Source: Octopus vulgaris (lineage: Eukaryota). Taken from it: 64,000 nt of DNA. This document shows positions 60,822 through 64,000 of this stretch, one piece after another (the stretch's first letter is position 1; each line of letters begins with the position of its first letter). The stretch is taken from positions 44,020,001 through 44,084,000 of the forward strand of contig OX597835.1 in the NCBI GenBank assembly GCA_951406725.2, in the 5' to 3' direction. Made by a program: the position numbers and the translations under genes. The notes under the pieces are model-generated. The model was not told where the DNA came from and did not search any database. It worked only from the letters and a program-made list of their open reading frames with translations.

Positions 60822-60955
60822 TAGATAGATCTAGATCTATCTATCTATCTATCTATCTATCTAGATATAGATAGATAAAAATAGAAGGAAAAGATGGAAA
60901 ACAACGAACGTTAGGAAGTATATTATAATGCTTGACGCTCGGTGAAAGGAGAGAG

Positions 60956-60988
60956 TTTGACATTTCGAGCATAGTTCTTCGTCGGAAA
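60956..60988 (-). ncRNA. Degenerate minimal hammerhead motif in a Penelope-LTR-like module (60880-61045)
   Basis: ttt-CCGACGA-A-GAAC tat GCTC-GAAA-tg-TC-aaa. Confidence 0.5.
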
Positions 60989-61094
60989 GGAGAAAGGGAA
61001 AAGTCCAAAGAAGGAGGAGAAGAAGAAATCCCCAACGGACTAAGTGTGTGTCTGTGTATCTCTCTCTGTCTCACTCTCTCTCTCTCACTATCTA

Positions 61095-61368
61095 TTACTT
61101 GTACTTCTTTCAATCCTTTGACAGCGGCCATGTTGGAGCACCGCCTTTAGTCGAAGAAATCGATACCAGGATTTATTCTTTGTAAGCACCCACACACAAA
61201 CACACACACACATATGTAGGTATATGTATATATATACGACGGGCTTCTTTCAGTTTCCATCTACGAAATCCACTCACAAGCCTTTGGTCGGCTCGAGGCT
61301 ATAGTAGAAGACACTTGCCCAAGGTGCCACGCCGTTGGACTGAACCCAGAACCATGTGGTTGGGAGGC
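61095..61368 (-). mobile_element. SINE family B with internal deletion
   Basis: gacgggcttctttcagtttcc...ctatagtagaagacacttgcccaaggtgccacgc...gaaccatgtggttgg. Confidence 0.88.
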
Positions 61369-61985
61369 ACAGACACACACTCACACACACATGCACACAC
61401 ACACACACACACGCACAACACACACACACACAGACACACACACATCTATATATATTTTCAAAAGTTATTTCGATAATATTTAGGCAAAAAATTCGATTTG
61501 CAAAACCAACAAAAAACAACAAACAAACAAAAACTCAGACGATAGCAGAGAGAATCGAACGAGAAACTTCCAATTCTTGGTACACCAAACACACAGTCGC
61601 ATCCCTGCCACATTAAGGATACTCGTTCACACACAGCTATTTTATATAATGATATAGACGCCAGCCTAAAGACACAGTTAGCGGTTACCTTGAAGAAACG
61701 TGAAGACTCAATGAGAACGATTGTATAATAATTTTATGGCTTACGGTATTGCAGTATTGAGTTCAAAATCAAATATATAACAGGTATACGGCTACTTATT
61801 ACATTGATGTCGATAAAGGACTTTGGCAATGTTCTTCGAAATATTCAATATGATCATTGTATTTATTATTCTATTCAGCATAAGACTGCTTATGCATACA
61901 TATATATACAGCCGTATATATGATACATAACATATAAAATACATAAAGTATTATATAATATAATATAATATAATATAATATAATA

Positions 61986-62060
<75 letters not shown>

Positions 62061-62977
62061 GTATATATGTATATATGCATATAGTGGTTCCTTGTAATGT
62101 CTTGTAGATTAAATAGGCAAATTACAGCTCAGAGCTGGATGGTTCTTTTATTAGAGACAATTTTTATGCACAATAGGAAATAATTCGGTTGGTATATTGC
62201 TTATGTCCAATAAATATTGCATTTGTAATACACACTTACACTACACACTCAGAAAATTATGCATACACACAACACTTTATATATATATATATATATAAGC
62301 ATACATATATGCATTCTTACATATATACATACACACACACACATATATATATATATGTATATAGACATACACAAACATATATATATATATGTGTATCTTT
62401 ATGTACAGATATTGGTGTATGTACATATATACTTGTGTGTATGTGTGTGTATGTGTGTGTGTGTATAGAAAGCAAGTACAGAGATAAAGTATTACATTTA
62501 TTCAATGCTTACACGTTTTTCAGAGACATTATCTGTTTTATAATAGAAAATATCTTGCAAAACAGATTACACATATACTCATAACCCACCTCTCTCTCCT
62601 CTTCCCTACCCCTCCCTCTCTCCCCTCTCCCCTCTCTCTCCTCCCTCTCCACACACACACAAACACACACATATGTATGAATATTTCCACGTAGATGTCT
62701 TTGGACGTCCGTGCATTTGCGGCTCTTAATTAAAAGTCTACGGAGACAAGACTTGTTAGAATCAATTCAATTCATTGTGCAAAGTAGAGTCTGATGTTTT
62801 TTTCATGTTCACTTTGGATCTAAAACCAACGAAATGATTAATGTTTCGCGTCTCATCACTTCCCCACTCCAGGGGCTAATGTCCCATCAAGCAATACTAT
62901 TTGTTGTTGTTGTTGTTGTTGTTGTTCTTCTTCTTCTTCTTCTTCTTCTTCTTCTTCTTCTTCTTCTTCTATTTACT

Positions 62978-63294
62978 AAATTGAAAGAAGAGTGCCATTG
63001 TGATCTAGTGAACGATATTTCGACATCTTGTGTGTCTTCAACAGGTTCAAAAAATAATTTTGTCAATCTACTTTATTTTGTTTAATATATAAAGGATTGA
63101 GGTAACTCCTCCAGAAGTCAAAATTAAAAGAAGAGATTGACAAAATTATTTTTTGAAACAGTTGAAGAGACACAAGATGTCGAAATATCGTTCACTAGAT
63201 AACACGGGCACTCTTCTTTGAATTTTGACTCTGTATCTTCTGGAAGAGTTACCTCAATCCTTTATATATTAACCAAAATGAAATAGATTGACAA
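62978..63294. repeat. Interleaved inverted repeat A-B-A'-B'
   Basis: A 62978-63069 is inverse to 63134-63226; B 63060-63135 is inverse to 63211-63294. Confidence 0.9.
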
Positions 63295-63396
<102 letters not shown>

Positions 63397-63398
63397 CG

Positions 63399-63613
63399 AT
63401 GCGGTGAACTGGTAGAATCGTTACCTCGCCGGACAAAATGATTAGCGGCATTTCGTTGGTATACATGTTCTGAGTTCAAATTCCACCGAGTTCGACTTTG
63501 CCTCTCATTCTTTCGGGTTCGCTGAAATAAGTACCAGTTGAGTGCGGGGGATCGATGGAATTAACTTACCCTCTCCTCCACTAAAATTGCTGGCCTTGCG
63601 CCAAAACTTGAAA
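63399..63613 (+). mobile_element. SINE family A, long-tail type (further decayed copy at 63785-63925)
   Basis: gcggtgaactggtagaatcgtta head; GAGTTCAAATTCC; aaattgctggccttgcgccaaaacttgaaa tail. Confidence 0.88.
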
Positions 63614-64000
63614 TTATCATTATTATTATCAAAGCGACCAGCTAAAAATATTTACAGCACCGGAAGAAAGGGGGTTGAGCTTCATTTCTTGGGAATCGAT
63701 GAAATAAAAAATACCATTCCAGTAGCCCTTCAAAACGTCTGGCCTTGTGCATCAACCAGAAACCGCTATATCTGACTTCCAGTTGGCAGAGTTGGTTGAG
63801 CGTCGGACAAAAGTGCTTTGTGATATTTCTTCGGGATGTTTACATTTTGAGTTCGAATTCCACCGAAATCGATCTTGTCTTTCATTCATTTGGGAGTCAA
63901 TTTGATGACCCTCAAAATTTGAAACCGGTTACCAGTTTAGACTATTTTGAAGATCATCCGGCCACCTTTCTTTGACCGGAAAAGAAGACAGCCTTTATTT

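Overview
An AT-rich eukaryotic intergenic or intronic window with no intact protein-coding gene that I can support. The repeat repertoire points to an octopus (coleoid cephalopod) genome; this is an inference from recalled repeat families, not a database result. Almost all listed ORFs are read-throughs of microsatellites: (TA)n, (TAA)n, (TACA)n, (TCTA)n, (CA)n and a ~3.9 kb (TAT)n array. Supportable content: about 25 copies of at least three tRNA-derived SINE families; decayed non-LTR retrotransposons (two R4/Dong-like restriction-like-endonuclease families, RTE, CR1-like); decayed Tc1, mariner and maT(DD37D)-like DNA transposons; and HINE/Helentron-like elements. The most notable signals are: (i) seven degenerate minimal type-I hammerhead-ribozyme-like motifs with palindromic stem III, in short Penelope-LTR-like modules mostly sitting in (TA)n tracts; (ii) apparent partitioning of microsatellite targets among retroelements (TAA vs TACA vs TA); (iii) long fold-back structures, including a 490-bp palindrome and an interleaved A-B-A'-B' inversion; (iv) a ~130-bp decayed satellite; and (v) two candidate + strand exons. 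Coordinates were read by eye and boundaries of decayed repeats are approximate.
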